Assembly (NCBI GenBank): GCA_963769425.1
Contig: CAVYLP010000001.1
Span: 320,001 to 384,000, forward strand
Direction of reading: 5' to 3'
Origin: Candidatus Bathyarchaeota archaeon
GTDB taxonomy: Archaea; Thermoproteota; Bathyarchaeia; TCS64
DNA length: 64,000 bases
Shown: positions 9,903 through 19,970 of the stretch, one piece after another
How positions within the stretch are numbered: the stretch's first letter is position 1
Layout: the number at the start of each line of letters is the position of its first letter
Notes under the pieces: generated by a model
What the model saw: only the letters and a program-made list of their open reading frames with translations
Databases searched by the model: none
What the model was told of the DNA's origin: nothing
Program-made: the position numbers and the translations under genes

Positions 9903-11630
9903 TTAACTGAGCATCTTAGGGGTCAAAATAAAGCACACCAACAGAAAAGCCACAGTTATTATTGTCCCGATCCATGAGAGTCTGATGGCTGTTTTCACCA
10001 TGGGGTTCGATCCCTCCTTCTTTTGAATATCTCGAGCGAGTAGCAGCGTGATGACCGTGAAGGGGAGGAAAATGACGCTGAAGAGCGAGATCTTGGATAG
10101 CTTAGCAATCAATCGCGAGTCCTTGAGCTGGGCATGGTATGTCGCATCAGGTGTTACCACGCTAACTGATTCAACGTTATAAAAGCCTCCCTGCACATCG
10201 AGTTGACCCTTCTGGTACCATTTGAGGCCTTGAAGGCTCTCCGGCTGCCACTTCGACGGGGTAATCGCCGCCCCTATAGTACCCATCAACCACTCAATCG
10301 AACCGATGAACTTGACCTTCTCCCAGCCCCTCATCACCAGATAGTAGGCGAAGTACGAGACCACAATCACGAGCAGCGTCCCATTCCAATCAAGCTTGAT
10401 ACGCCGCTGACCCGTGAGGAGAATCGACACGAGGATCCACCCCATGTAGTATAACCACTGGTTGTTATAGTTGGAGAACGCCGTGAAGCCGAAGCGCCGG
10501 ATAAACTGGACCGGCTTTGACTTGGAAAAGTCATGCCCATACCCCCGCCAATCGACTAAGTAAATGACTATCATCGCCAGCATGACCGCGAAGCCGTTGA
10601 GGGCCAGGAACTGCCAGAGCCACGATAATGGGGACATATACGCACCATACGCCCGCGATATGTCATCTGGGAACCAGTTGCGGAAATGCGAAAGGTCCTC
10701 CCACAGCTGCACAGTATTCATAAGACCTGCACCCTTGAACACATCGAACGCAGTGGCGACAACGCCTACCATTCCCACTAAGAAGGCGATGAGGCTGCCC
10801 ACAAGCACCTTTTTCACAAATTGTTTTGGGATTCGTTCAGGAGGTTGACACATCACGATCCCGATGATCGAGCCTATGCATGAAACCGCCAGAAAGGGAA
10901 AGACCGGCCCCATCGGCGCTGCTAGAGCCGCTAGGAAGGGGCTGACCAGTAAATAGCCGATCGAGTCCACCCCGATCTGGGGTAAATAGATTTCACCACC
11001 TCCCGTGGTGGTTGGCTGCCACGGATACCCGGGAACAAGTTGAGACACACCTACCCACACAGGGATCGTGAGTACAACCATCACCGCAGCGATGATAAGA
11101 TAGGTCCGGATCTGATGGGATACGTTTTTCCACTGCTCCTTCCGGCTTACGACGCCTTGAATAATGCCGTTGAGGATCACGCACCACCCAATAGTGTGGA
11201 TCATTTCAAACCAATTCCACCGCCAAAGGGCTGTCTGCAGATACAGTGACCATCGATAGGTTCCTCCTAAGTCCCTCACAAATAGACCAAACGATCCATT
11301 ATAACCAGTAACGGCCTCGGTGAGCATGCCGAAGAGAACAAGCAGTACGCCAGTTACCACTTGTTGCACGATCAGGGTGTTTGTCGGTTGTCCGTTTTCC
11401 AGACGCCGATACATTGAGACCATATTCGAGATAGCGCTGACGAGCAGGAAAAGGCCGGCTAAGCCACCTAGAAACGGAAGCACCACTAGGGATACCAAGT
11501 TAATCAGAGTGAGATTTGTCACATTGGCCAACAGAGCATCTGTGTTGAGAATCCCGTTGATTACGTGTAATCCGATCATCAAAAAAATGGATAATCCACG
11601 CAAAAAATCTAGACTTGCAAATCGTTTCAT
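9903..11630 (-). CDS. Polytopic membrane protein, HGSNAT/acyltransferase-3-like N-terminus
   Basis: RFASLDFLRGLSIFLMIGLH motif and more than 10 TM helices. Confidence 0.6.
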   Translation of the reverse strand: MKRFASLDFLRGLSIFLMIGLHVINGILNTDALLANVTNLTLINLVSLVVLPFLGGLAGLFLLVSAISNMVSMYRRLENGQPTNTLIVQQVVTGVLLVLFGMLTEAVTGYNGSFGLFVRDLGGTYRWSLYLQTALWRWNWFEMIHTIGWCVILNGIIQGVVSRKEQWKNVSHQIRTYLIIAAVMVVLTIPVWVGVSQLVPGYPWQPTTTGGGEIYLPQIGVDSIGYLLVSPFLAALAAPMGPVFPFLAVSCIGSIIGIVMCQPPERIPKQFVKKVLVGSLIAFLVGMVGVVATAFDVFKGAGLMNTVQLWEDLSHFRNWFPDDISRAYGAYMSPLSWLWQFLALNGFAVMLAMIVIYLVDWRGYGHDFSKSKPVQFIRRFGFTAFSNYNNQWLYYMGWILVSILLTGQRRIKLDWNGTLLVIVVSYFAYYLVMRGWEKVKFIGSIEWLMGTIGAAITPSKWQPESLQGLKWYQKGQLDVQGGFYNVESVSVVTPDATYHAQLKDSRLIAKLSKISLFSVIFLPFTVITLLLARDIQKKEGSNPMVKTAIRLSWIGTIITVAFLLVCFILTPKMLS

Positions 11631-11733
11631 AATGAAATCACAATCCGGTGAAGCATGGAACATTTATCTGTAGTTCAGTAAATAATATCTTTCCATCACC
11701 CGCGCGACAAGTAGAGGATAAAAGCTAATTTAG

Positions 11734-11771
11734 CAGTCTAAACCGTAGTGTGAAGCTATTCCTCTGCGCCA
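11734..11771. repeat. 38-bp dispersed repeat, copy 1
   Basis: CAGTCTAAACCGTAGTGTGAAGCTATTCCTCTGCGCCA, 32/38 identical to 19971-20008. Confidence 0.85.
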
Positions 11772-11938
11772 AGTCAAACCCAAAGTCATTATTTAGACGT
11801 AATTTCTAAAAAGAGTCGAAAATATTAGAATTTATCTTTTTCATTTAGAATGATTTACTTAAAACACTTTTTATTTAAGTTATTGGATAGTATTGCAAAA
11901 ACCGTCAGTTTTAGAATAATGAATATTATTTTTTTACT

Positions 11939-12289
11939 ATGAAGATCAAACTGACAAGCGTATTTGTAGACAACCAAGGCAAGGCTCTAAAGTTTTATAC
12001 CGAGGTTTTGGGCTTCGTTAAGAAATCGGATAACACCGCAGGGAAATTCAGATGGTTAACAGTTGTTTCGCCTGAAGATCAAGACGGTACCCAGTTACAA
12101 CTCGCTCTCAACGATAATCCCGCAGCAAAATCCTACCAGGAATCTATTTTCAAGCAAGGTGTTCCCGCAGCTATGTTCGACGTTGATGACATTCAGAAAG
12201 AGTATCAGAGACTGAAGAGATTGGGAGTGAAGTTCACCATGGAGCCGACGAAAACATTACTCGCGCGCAAGCTGAAAGTGAAAAATTGA
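11939..12289 (+). CDS. VOC/glyoxalase family protein, probably C-terminally truncated
   Basis: MKIKLTSVFVD..KALKFYTEVLGF. Lacks the usual final DxxGNxxxL strand; the frame runs into a CGCGCGC tract after MEPTKT. Confidence 0.8.
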   Translation: MKIKLTSVFVDNQGKALKFYTEVLGFVKKSDNTAGKFRWLTVVSPEDQDGTQLQLALNDNPAAKSYQESIFKQGVPAAMFDVDDIQKEYQRLKRLGVKFTMEPTKTLLARKLKVKN

Positions 12290-12375
12290 TTTAGGTCTGA
12301 ATCTTGCGATCTAAAGTTTTGAAAACCTTTGCCGAACTATATATAAAGAAGAAATTTTAATTTCAATTTGATAAT

Positions 12376-12789
12376 ATGAGCGCAAGAGAAGGGACTGAAT
12401 TAAAAGAACCTGCGTCTGAGTTGTTCCGCAAGAGAGTCAAGGAACTGGGCGATTGGCGTGGCGAGACGCTTGAAAGAGTGCGCAGGCTCATCAAGGAGGC
12501 GGACCCGGAGATAGTAGAAGAGTGGAAGTGGGTGAAACCTACGTCGCCTGGAACTCCAGTCTGGTCCCACAACGGCGGCATCTGCACCGGCGAGACCTAC
12601 AAGAGTGTAGTCAAGCTCACTTTCTTCAAGGGTGCTTCGCTGGAGGATCCCGCTCACCTGTTCAACCAGCCTGGGACCGTCAGGCGCGCTATCGACATCC
12701 ATGAAGGCGACAAGATCGATGAAGCTGCGTTTAAGAAACTCATTCGCGAAGCCGTAGCTTTGAACCTCAAGAGCAAAGGGAAACGGTAG
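12376..12789 (+). CDS. DUF1801 (YdhG-like) protein
   Basis: LIKEADPEIVEEWKW..PVWSHNG..VKLTFFKGASLEDP. Confidence 0.85.
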   Translation: MSAREGTELKEPASELFRKRVKELGDWRGETLERVRRLIKEADPEIVEEWKWVKPTSPGTPVWSHNGGICTGETYKSVVKLTFFKGASLEDPAHLFNQPGTVRRAIDIHEGDKIDEAAFKKLIREAVALNLKSKGKR

Positions 12790-12991
12790 ACTTGGACCAT
12801 GAGGACATCCTGTCGTTCTCAGAGCAGCAGATGGATCACCAAGAGCCTATCAAAAATCAAGCCAGCAGCTAGTTTTGGGCATAGAAAAGTACAGGTTGAA
12901 TGCTAAACATGTGCTTGACTCACTCAACCTAGACCAGAAAAACAAAGACCTAACTGACCACTACCACAGAGAAGGACCGTAAGAACAACAA

Positions 12992-13420
12992 TTGAACCAC
13001 TCTCAATGCTCAAAGCCCGCCGTCACCAGCACCCACGTGAAGGCCTACAGTAAAAGAGCCATGGACAACCGAACCGGGAAAAGCGACCCGGATGCGAGGG
13101 TGAGCGTAGAAGAGGAGGCTTCATCCTCGGCTACCGCGTCCACACGGCCCACTGCGCCGACTCCGAGCTGCCCTTGGCATTCACGGTGGCTCCATGCAAC
13201 GAGAACGACAAGGTCTACTTCGAACCGCTGTTAGAGCGGGTTCACCGCCTCGGAGTCAAGTTCAGATCCGTTCTGGCGGATGCGCAGTATAGATCGGTGG
13301 TACGTGACGCGGCTGAGTGGCTCGAGGCTGAGCCGATCATCCCGGCTAAGAGGGACTCCCGGGTTGATGCGGTACTGTGTGTTGGCCGGGACTTCGTTGC
13401 AAGAGGTGCTAAGCAGCCAG
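12992..13420 (+). mobile_element. IS5/IS4-like DDE transposase fragment (pseudogene)
   Basis: STHVKAYS..SDPDAR, GFILGYRVH, LAFTVAPCNEND and VLADAQY across frameshifts. Truncated at a CAGACAGACAAACGCGCGCG junction. Confidence 0.8.
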
Positions 13421-13528
13421 ACAGACAAACGCGCGCGTATAAATTATTAATTAAGGAATATTTTACATTATTTAATTCTATACGAGAAAGGTATAAATGC
13501 TCAATATAATACCGCAAATGAGTTCAGA

Positions 13529-14749
13529 TTGGCGCAGATAGTCACAGCGGCTCAGAGGCGGAACTATTACTTCATCATTGGCTTAGTTGTGATGATGCAG
13601 ATCACCTCGTCGACCATCTACATGGTTCTACCACTCTTCTATGCGAGCGTAGGAGTATCGGTGGCGGAGAATGGCGTCTTAATATCGATAAGCACCTTCA
13701 TGGGGATACTGAGCGGCCTAACCGCAGGGGTTCTATCTAATAGGTACGGGAGGAAGAAGATTCTCACACTGAGCGCCATAATATACTCGGTATCCTATCT
13801 AATGCTCGAGTACATGGGCACAGATTTTGGTAGCCTGGCGCTCTCGAGGATCGTCGCCGGAATAGGATTCTACATGATGCCGGTCATGGTGACCACCATG
13901 GCGGCGGACATATTTCCGATGGGGATCCGCGGGAGGGCCATGAGTCTCTATCAGGCAACGAGCGGGGTAGGCTCGTTGATTGGGCCGCTGATCGTTCCAC
14001 TGCTAATATTTGGAACCGATTTCAGCCATTATTTCCTGTTCTCAGCCATCTCGATCATGATAAGCGGCGTCTTTATGGCCTTCATCATCAAGGAGACGCT
14101 GCCCTCGGAGCTCAAGTCCAGTGTAAACGAGTCTATCCGCAAGAAGCTGAACGTTCGGGGATTCATCACCTCTCTTAGGGGCCTCGGCGTGGTCGTTGGG
14201 ATATTCCTCGGCGCAGTCATCTTCTATAGGACAGCGTACACGATGATCGATCCGTTCCTGAGCCTCTACCTGACAGAGGTGCTCAAACTTAACCTCGACT
14301 CAGTGAGCGCTATATACGCTTCCAGAGCTATATGCTACATCGCGTTCTCCTTCGTTGGTGGCTATCTCATCGATAGGTTCAGCAAGAAGACTGTGCTTCT
14401 GATGGGCCTCGCCATGACCACGATAACCGTCATTAGCTACCCCTTCACCCTGACGTTTCCGCTGATGTTGGTCTTGAGGGCGTGGGACGCCGCTTCTACC
14501 GCCATCTTGATCACGGGGATCTACACGTCGCTGGCCGATTTACTTACGGTGGAGAAACGTGGCCTGGGTATGGGGATCTACTCGGCGACGGCGCAACAGA
14601 GTTCGACTGTTGGCTCCATATTCAGCGGTTTCCTGATTGGGGTTTATGGATTCAACTTTGTTTTCGTAACGGCTGGCATAGCATGCGCCTTATCTTTCCT
14701 GATCTTCTGGAGGTTTGTGCCGGGGGGGAAGAAAGTGGATAAATCGTGA
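13529..14749 (+). CDS. MFS transporter
   Basis: About 12 TM helices; motif A variants GVLSNRYGRK and GYLIDRFSKK. Confidence 0.9.
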   Translation: MAQIVTAAQRRNYYFIIGLVVMMQITSSTIYMVLPLFYASVGVSVAENGVLISISTFMGILSGLTAGVLSNRYGRKKILTLSAIIYSVSYLMLEYMGTDFGSLALSRIVAGIGFYMMPVMVTTMAADIFPMGIRGRAMSLYQATSGVGSLIGPLIVPLLIFGTDFSHYFLFSAISIMISGVFMAFIIKETLPSELKSSVNESIRKKLNVRGFITSLRGLGVVVGIFLGAVIFYRTAYTMIDPFLSLYLTEVLKLNLDSVSAIYASRAICYIAFSFVGGYLIDRFSKKTVLLMGLAMTTITVISYPFTLTFPLMLVLRAWDAASTAILITGIYTSLADLLTVEKRGLGMGIYSATAQQSSTVGSIFSGFLIGVYGFNFVFVTAGIACALSFLIFWRFVPGGKKVDKS

Positions 14750-15154
14750 AAATAGGATGACTTCGTGCATATCTTCAATCATCCCATAACCGAGTCCCGA
14801 ACGGTGTGGCATCGTCTATGTTGCGCGTAAATCACGTGGTGGCAACATCTCAGACGAGGTCATTCATAAGTTGTTCTCCGCGCGTGCAATGAGTATTATA
14901 CAGTGGAAAATGCGCACGCAAGCATGAGAAATCTCGGCAGCGGAAAGCAATAATTACCAACATATATATTTCTTAATAAACCTCTGAAATGATGATTTTC
15001 ATGGCTCCAAACCTTAAGAATAAAATGTTCCTAGATGGCGAGTAGGTTGACTGATGAGGCGCGCGCGGGCCATAGCCTTATCCCCCCAAACCCAAACCCC
15101 TTTTTTTTTGTGTTTTTCTTAAACCAGCGATTAGTTGATTATCAGCATGTGCAC

Positions 15155-15174
15155 GGTGGAAGTGAGGATAAGAC
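15155..15174. repeat. 20-bp direct repeat GGTGGAAGTGAGGATAAGAC, copy 1
   Basis: Exact match to 15982-16001. Confidence 0.9.
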
Positions 15175-15254
15175 ATCCGCCAGACAAATACTTTTACATT
15201 AGATGAGGCTAATGCCAAAGAAGCTTTGGAATATATTTCGAGTATTTTATGCTA

Positions 15255-15923
15255 TTAGGCTAATCCAAGTACTCTCCCAGTTAGCTCAGTCCAGTCCTTA
15301 TCGACGGCCTCCCGAATGAGAGACTTAAGACCCGAAAATACCTGAGGAGGCATCAGATTCATCCATCCCTTAGTTAGGATAACTTGGTCATCCTGCTTCA
15401 GCAGAGGGAAAAGCCACCTCACCAAGAGGGGAGTCTTTTCCTGAGGCACACTCCTCGCCATGACCCCAACAATGGACACTTGTTCATCCAACCCCGTATT
15501 CTCTCGGAGAGTCGGGTACAGATAGGTGTCCTCCTTGTAGAGGTGAATCCTAAGATGTGACCTCAAGACAGCCGTCGCCCTGGCAACCACAAGGGGATCA
15601 GTTGCAGCACTCATCACACCTAGCCCAGCGACCATATCATCCAGTTCACGATGATCAGTGACATATGTCTTAGCTAGGAGCGGCGCCACCTTATCGACCG
15701 CCGGGAAGACTGCCTCCTCCTCACCCTTTGCATGGTAATTCAAAATCTCTCCAGTGACCTTCATTCGGTTAAGAATAGGAGTAAAATCTCCGCGGGTCCT
15801 TACCGTTTTTAAGGTATCCTCATCTATCTCCAGCAAGTCCCTGCGAAATGCGTTGTGAAAGCAGCGTACTACGTCAATTGGTCCGAAGTCCGTCCATTTG
15901 TTCACATCTGTGCCCATGTTCAT
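15255..15923 (-). CDS. Hemerythrin/HHE domain protein
   Basis: HNAFRRDL, HAKGEEE, DHRELD, HLYKED. Confidence 0.85.
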   Translation of the reverse strand: MNMGTDVNKWTDFGPIDVVRCFHNAFRRDLLEIDEDTLKTVRTRGDFTPILNRMKVTGEILNYHAKGEEEAVFPAVDKVAPLLAKTYVTDHRELDDMVAGLGVMSAATDPLVVARATAVLRSHLRIHLYKEDTYLYPTLRENTGLDEQVSIVGVMARSVPQEKTPLLVRWLFPLLKQDDQVILTKGWMNLMPPQVFSGLKSLIREAVDKDWTELTGRVLGLA

Positions 15924-15981
15924 GTCGATTATCTTCTCTTAATCCCTTAAATTAAATCTGTGTGAATTAAAACTAGCATCA

Positions 15982-16022
15982 GGTGGAAGTGAGGATAAGA
16001 CTATGGTTATCACCCAAACCCC
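15982..16022. repeat. Dyad site containing copy 2 of the 20-bp repeat (GGTGGAAGTGAGGATAAGACTATGGTTATCACCCAAACCCC)
   Basis: Exact 20-mer match to 15155-15174, GATAA/TTATC dyad, and 13/14 inverted match to 15070-15083. Confidence 0.8.
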
Positions 16023-16172
16023 AGTTTTCTATCCTTCATACCTGTCTAACAATCTCCCTTCTACTCTCACATACTCTTACTCTCTCTCTGGGTCAGACAG
16101 ACAAACAGACAGGGAAACGAACAGGCAAACAAATAAGAAGTATTAAAAGAGTTAAAAAAATATTTTATTTCG

Positions 16173-17033
16173 ATGTCTGAGATTAAAGTCAATTATATTC
16201 GTTTATCTTTGTTCAGAAATATCTCTTTATTAATCGTCCTATTTGGGTGGAGCATATATAATATAATGGGTGGAATCTTTAATTCAATTTATTTTTATCA
16301 ATATTTTACACAAGGTTTTTTATACTATGAACTATTAGAGAGCCTAATTTCCTCCTTTTCAGGAATACTATTATTATTCCTACTCATTGATATTTTACGT
16401 TCGAAAGAAATTACTCAACGAAATAGACTTGAGATAGTAAGCTTGTTTTTACTTCAGATAATATATCAAATAGCAAGACCCGTCTCTATGTTATACTTTA
16501 ATTTATCATCTATAAGTTTTCAACCACTTGACATTTCTAATTATACTCTATCTATATCTATAGCTATATTTAGTATTATTTTATATATTTATATAATCAG
16601 GAATATTTCCTATGGGTTAAATTTAATTAATGAAAATATACTCATATTAATTTTCTTTATATTTACAAGTTTTTCAATATATCAATTGTTGTATTATATT
16701 AATTATTTTGAGGGTCACTTATTCTATTTTTTCCAAATTAGTTCATTTGAATTAATATATTTGGTGGCTACATTTTTTTCCCTTAAGTTGTATCAAAAAT
16801 TTAGAAAAAATGATCTATCAGACCTTGTTATGCCTATCTATCTCAGAATCGCCCTTTTTGAGTTCGGATTTATGGGTCTTGCAAGTGTATACTTTTTACT
16901 CATTAGTAATGGTCGCATTTTGTTATATGGAGGGGTGTTAATTGGTGAGATGCCCAATATCTGGAGTTTTGTATATTACATTGGTTTTATGGCATTATCT
17001 TTCTTACCCCTAAAGATTATCTTCGATAAATAA
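16173..17033 (+). CDS. Hypothetical polytopic membrane protein, very AT-rich
   Basis: 286-aa ORF with about 8 hydrophobic segments, rich in I/L/F/Y. Confidence 0.6.
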   Translation: MSEIKVNYIRLSLFRNISLLIVLFGWSIYNIMGGIFNSIYFYQYFTQGFLYYELLESLISSFSGILLLFLLIDILRSKEITQRNRLEIVSLFLLQIIYQIARPVSMLYFNLSSISFQPLDISNYTLSISIAIFSIILYIYIIRNISYGLNLINENILILIFFIFTSFSIYQLLYYINYFEGHLFYFFQISSFELIYLVATFFSLKLYQKFRKNDLSDLVMPIYLRIALFEFGFMGLASVYFLLISNGRILLYGGVLIGEMPNIWSFVYYIGFMALSFLPLKIIFDK

Positions 17034-17109
17034 AACTCCAAAGAGTTAATCAATCAAACTGCGCAATGTCCGGGCTGGGTAGAACGGTATTATGCGTGCG
17101 CACATTATT

Positions 17110-17223
17110 GTTAAGATTAATGACTCTAGGATCCCAATTTTTAGTCTCACCCCTAAGATACTTAGCGAATAATAGAGACTCTTCATTTATCAGCGTCTCT
17201 TGGGTCTGGTGCTCCCCGTTCCT
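17110..17223 (-). pseudogene. cas1: Probable C-terminal fragment of an archaeal solo (non-CRISPR) Cas1
   Basis: RNGEHQTQETLINEESLLFAKYLRGETKNWDPRV resembles the recalled Bathyarchaeia-type Cas1 tail QT.ETLINEEALLLAKYLR.E...W.PR. Recognised from memory, not searched. Confidence 0.6.
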
Positions 17224-17325
17224 GTTATCTAGACAAAGCGCAGGAATGACGCAACAGGTTAACCAAAAATTAACGTCAGAGTGCTTAAATGAGGTTGGAA
17301 GTATTCGACGCGCACGCAAACGCAC

Positions 17326-17952
17326 TCAGACATTTCCCCACTTATTGTAGTGTAGTTTATCCTTGAGCGTAACGGTCTTCTGCCTAACAGAATAGTCCAT
17401 GGGGTAGCCAATCGGAATCGCCGCTGCCACCTCATAACCATCAGGCACGCCCAGAACCTTCTTGAGAACAACCGTCTCACGAGGCACACTGGTAACCCCA
17501 TATAACCCCTCCGCAGCCATCGCCAGCATGATGTTCTCTATGCACATCCAGATAGAAGCCAAATCGTTCAGGTCATACAGAATCTCGCATTCCTTCAGAG
17601 GCTTCCTCAACCTATAGCAGACGACAAGCAGCTCCGGCGAGGTCACCAGCATCTTCACCTGAACCGGCAGCGCCTTACGATACATCTCCCTCTGCAGCTC
17701 ATCCGACCAATTGTTTAACGCCTTTTCGAGCTCCATCTCGTTCGTGATGTTCTTCCCCTTCGAGACCAGCTCCGCGACCTTTACCCTCTGCTCAGGGTCT
17801 TTAACGAGGATGAACTCCCACTGCCGGAGATGGTTATTTGACGGTGCTTTTAGCCCCGCCTCTAGAACTCTACGGAGCTTCTCTTCTTCTACGGATCTTG
17901 ACTGAAACTCCCTCACGCTTCTTCGATTGTTGACCGCTTCGTAAAACTCCAA
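17326..17952 (-). CDS. Nitroreductase family protein
   Basis: RRSVREF, APSNNHLRQWEF, IENIMLA..AEGL, IPIGYP. Confidence 0.9.
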   Translation of the reverse strand: MEFYEAVNNRRSVREFQSRSVEEEKLRRVLEAGLKAPSNNHLRQWEFILVKDPEQRVKVAELVSKGKNITNEMELEKALNNWSDELQREMYRKALPVQVKMLVTSPELLVVCYRLRKPLKECEILYDLNDLASIWMCIENIMLAMAAEGLYGVTSVPRETVVLKKVLGVPDGYEVAAAIPIGYPMDYSVRQKTVTLKDKLHYNKWGNV

Positions 17953-18192
17953 CTAAGATGCCACCTTGCTATATTCATAAGATAATGTTTGTATTAAGTT
18001 GACGAAAACGGATCCTTTTTAGTTTTGAACCTGATTTGTGGATTTGGTGTTCAAAGTGTTCTTGATGAAGATGTGGGGTGAATGAGGCATCTAATAGGAT
18101 GATCTTCTAAACAACCAAGCTCGCGATTCAGCGGATCGAAATATAAGAATAGATTTAATTCATACCCATACAATGTATAACATAGGTCAAGT

Positions 18193-18435
18193 ATGACTGA
18201 GGTTCAGGTAACCAGCAAGGGGCAGATAACCATCCCCTCGGAACTCAGACGCAAATACAACATAGAGGAAGGCGGTAGGGTCCAAGTCGTCGAGGAAGAC
18301 GGGAAGATCGTAGTCAAAAAAGCGATCAGCTTCTACGACCTCGCCGGATCAGCTGTGGGAGAAGCCACAGTCGAGGAGCTAAAAGAGACGCTGGACGAGA
18401 TGAGAAAAGACGATGAAGAAAACCAGCGTCTATGA
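18193..18435 (+). CDS. vapB: AbrB/MazE-family antitoxin (VapB)
   Basis: VTSKGQITIPSELRRKYNIEEG; overlaps the PIN gene. Confidence 0.9.
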   Translation: MTEVQVTSKGQITIPSELRRKYNIEEGGRVQVVEEDGKIVVKKAISFYDLAGSAVGEATVEELKETLDEMRKDDEENQRL

Positions 18436-18811
18436 CACGAGATACTTCGTCGAATACTTCTACTCCGGAGACGAGGAGGCTGTAAGAGCCCTAAAAAAAG
18501 ACGCGCGAGAAACAGGTGAGAAAATCGTCTCCACGGTGACCATCCATGAATTCTATAGAATAAACCTAGGCAAAGCAGGTAGAGAAGCAGCACAACTCAG
18601 ATGTAACGCCATAAGAAACGAGTTCAAGATAATTGACCTTGACTATGAGCAAGCTCTGCTCAGCGCCCAGATAAGAAACGAGGCTCCGATCCCCTTCGCA
18701 GACAGCGTTATCGCCGCCGCGGCACTATCGAGAGGCTGCCCAGTCGTTTCAGACGACAATCACTTCAAAAAGGTACAGAGATTACAAACGCGCTGGCCCG
18801 TTCCAAGGTAA
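18413..18811 (+). CDS. vapC: PIN-domain toxin (VapC)
   Basis: YDT, TIHEF, FADSVIAA and VSDDNHF acidic quartet. Confidence 0.9.
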   Translation: MKKTSVYDTRYFVEYFYSGDEEAVRALKKDARETGEKIVSTVTIHEFYRINLGKAGREAAQLRCNAIRNEFKIIDLDYEQALLSAQIRNEAPIPFADSVIAAAALSRGCPVVSDDNHFKKVQRLQTRWPVPR

Positions 18812-18924
18812 TTGTATACGGTCGAATGGGCGCGCGCGTCTAGCGTATACGTAAAAAAAATATTTGTTTGCGGATAAGACAGAAGAATGGCTTTTGAGTG
18901 AGTTCGACTCTTTAGACCTTTAAC

Positions 18925-19857
18925 TTGAGAAATACATGGAAGTATTCCGGTCCCATTTTTGATGCGCATACACACATTGGAACAATCACTGAAATATCTA
19001 GGATGATTGCCATCGAAGATGATTTTGGGATTTCAAAACAGATTGGAATTGTACATAATGAAGAAGGATTTCAGGCTGCAAAAGAGAAGTATCCAAACAG
19101 GTTCATCTTCGCAAAATATCTCTCCCTGAAAGATATAGCCAAGTACAACGTGGAACCCGTTCTTAATGAGATAGCTAAACTCAAAGATCAGGGCTATTCC
19201 CTCGCCAAGTCATGGTTTGGCCCCCGCTGGCGTGACTGGGTTGATGTTCCGAAGGATTTTCGGATTAATCACCCCAAACTAGAGCCCATTTTTCAGGCCC
19301 TAGAGGACAACGGGATACCACTCATCATTCACATGGGTGATCCCGACACCTATTACGCGACTCAGTATAAGGACTCGGAGAAATATGGTACTAAGGATGA
19401 GCACCTCAAACAGATGGAGGATGTCTTATCCAGTCACCCTAAACTAAAGTTTCAGATCCCTCACTTTGGTGCACAGCCTGAGATACATAGGTTACCCAAT
19501 CTGACTAGGTGGATGGACAAGTTTCCCAATGTCGTAGTCGATACAGCTTCGTCAAGATGGATGGCCCGAGAGTTGAGCAAGGACTCGAGGAAGGCTCGGG
19601 AATTCATGTTAAGGTACTCGGATAGGGTCCTGTTTGGGACCGACATCGAATCCGATCAGGATGACCGTGATTACTTCTCTGGCCGATACGTTGCGCAGAG
19701 AATTCTGTGGGAGACAAATGAACGAGATACTCCACTGCCTTTCCCTGACGCTGACACTAAGGATACTGGTGGAACGGTGATCAATGGTCTTGATCTACCT
19801 CTTTCAAGTCTTGAAAAGTTGTATTGGGAGAATGCAAGGCGATTATATATGGTGTAG
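18925..19857 (+). CDS. Amidohydrolase_2 family metal-dependent hydrolase
   Basis: DAHTH, IIHMGD, PHFG, LFGTD, LYWENARRL. Confidence 0.85.
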   Translation: MRNTWKYSGPIFDAHTHIGTITEISRMIAIEDDFGISKQIGIVHNEEGFQAAKEKYPNRFIFAKYLSLKDIAKYNVEPVLNEIAKLKDQGYSLAKSWFGPRWRDWVDVPKDFRINHPKLEPIFQALEDNGIPLIIHMGDPDTYYATQYKDSEKYGTKDEHLKQMEDVLSSHPKLKFQIPHFGAQPEIHRLPNLTRWMDKFPNVVVDTASSRWMARELSKDSRKAREFMLRYSDRVLFGTDIESDQDDRDYFSGRYVAQRILWETNERDTPLPFPDADTKDTGGTVINGLDLPLSSLEKLYWENARRLYMV

Positions 19858-19970
19858 AAACGATGCCTTCGAACTAGCATAAGTTACTATATTCTTTATT
19901 CGCTAGCGATATATTGCCTAATTCTTTTCCACGCGCGCTAATTATCACAAATTTAGGAATCAAATTCTGC

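Noticed and set aside
11734-11771. tRNA gene or tRNA-derived att site (ends in GCCA)
   Set aside because: No GTTC(G/A)A T-loop or cloverleaf upstream; kept only as an unexplained repeat.
12790-12850. Possible tail of a second IS transposase (WTMR.ILSF-like)
   Set aside because: Only a few codons with a frameshift; no terminal repeats identified.
15983-16180. 65-aa ORF
   Set aside because: It is the translation of the dyad site and CT/CAGA microsatellites.
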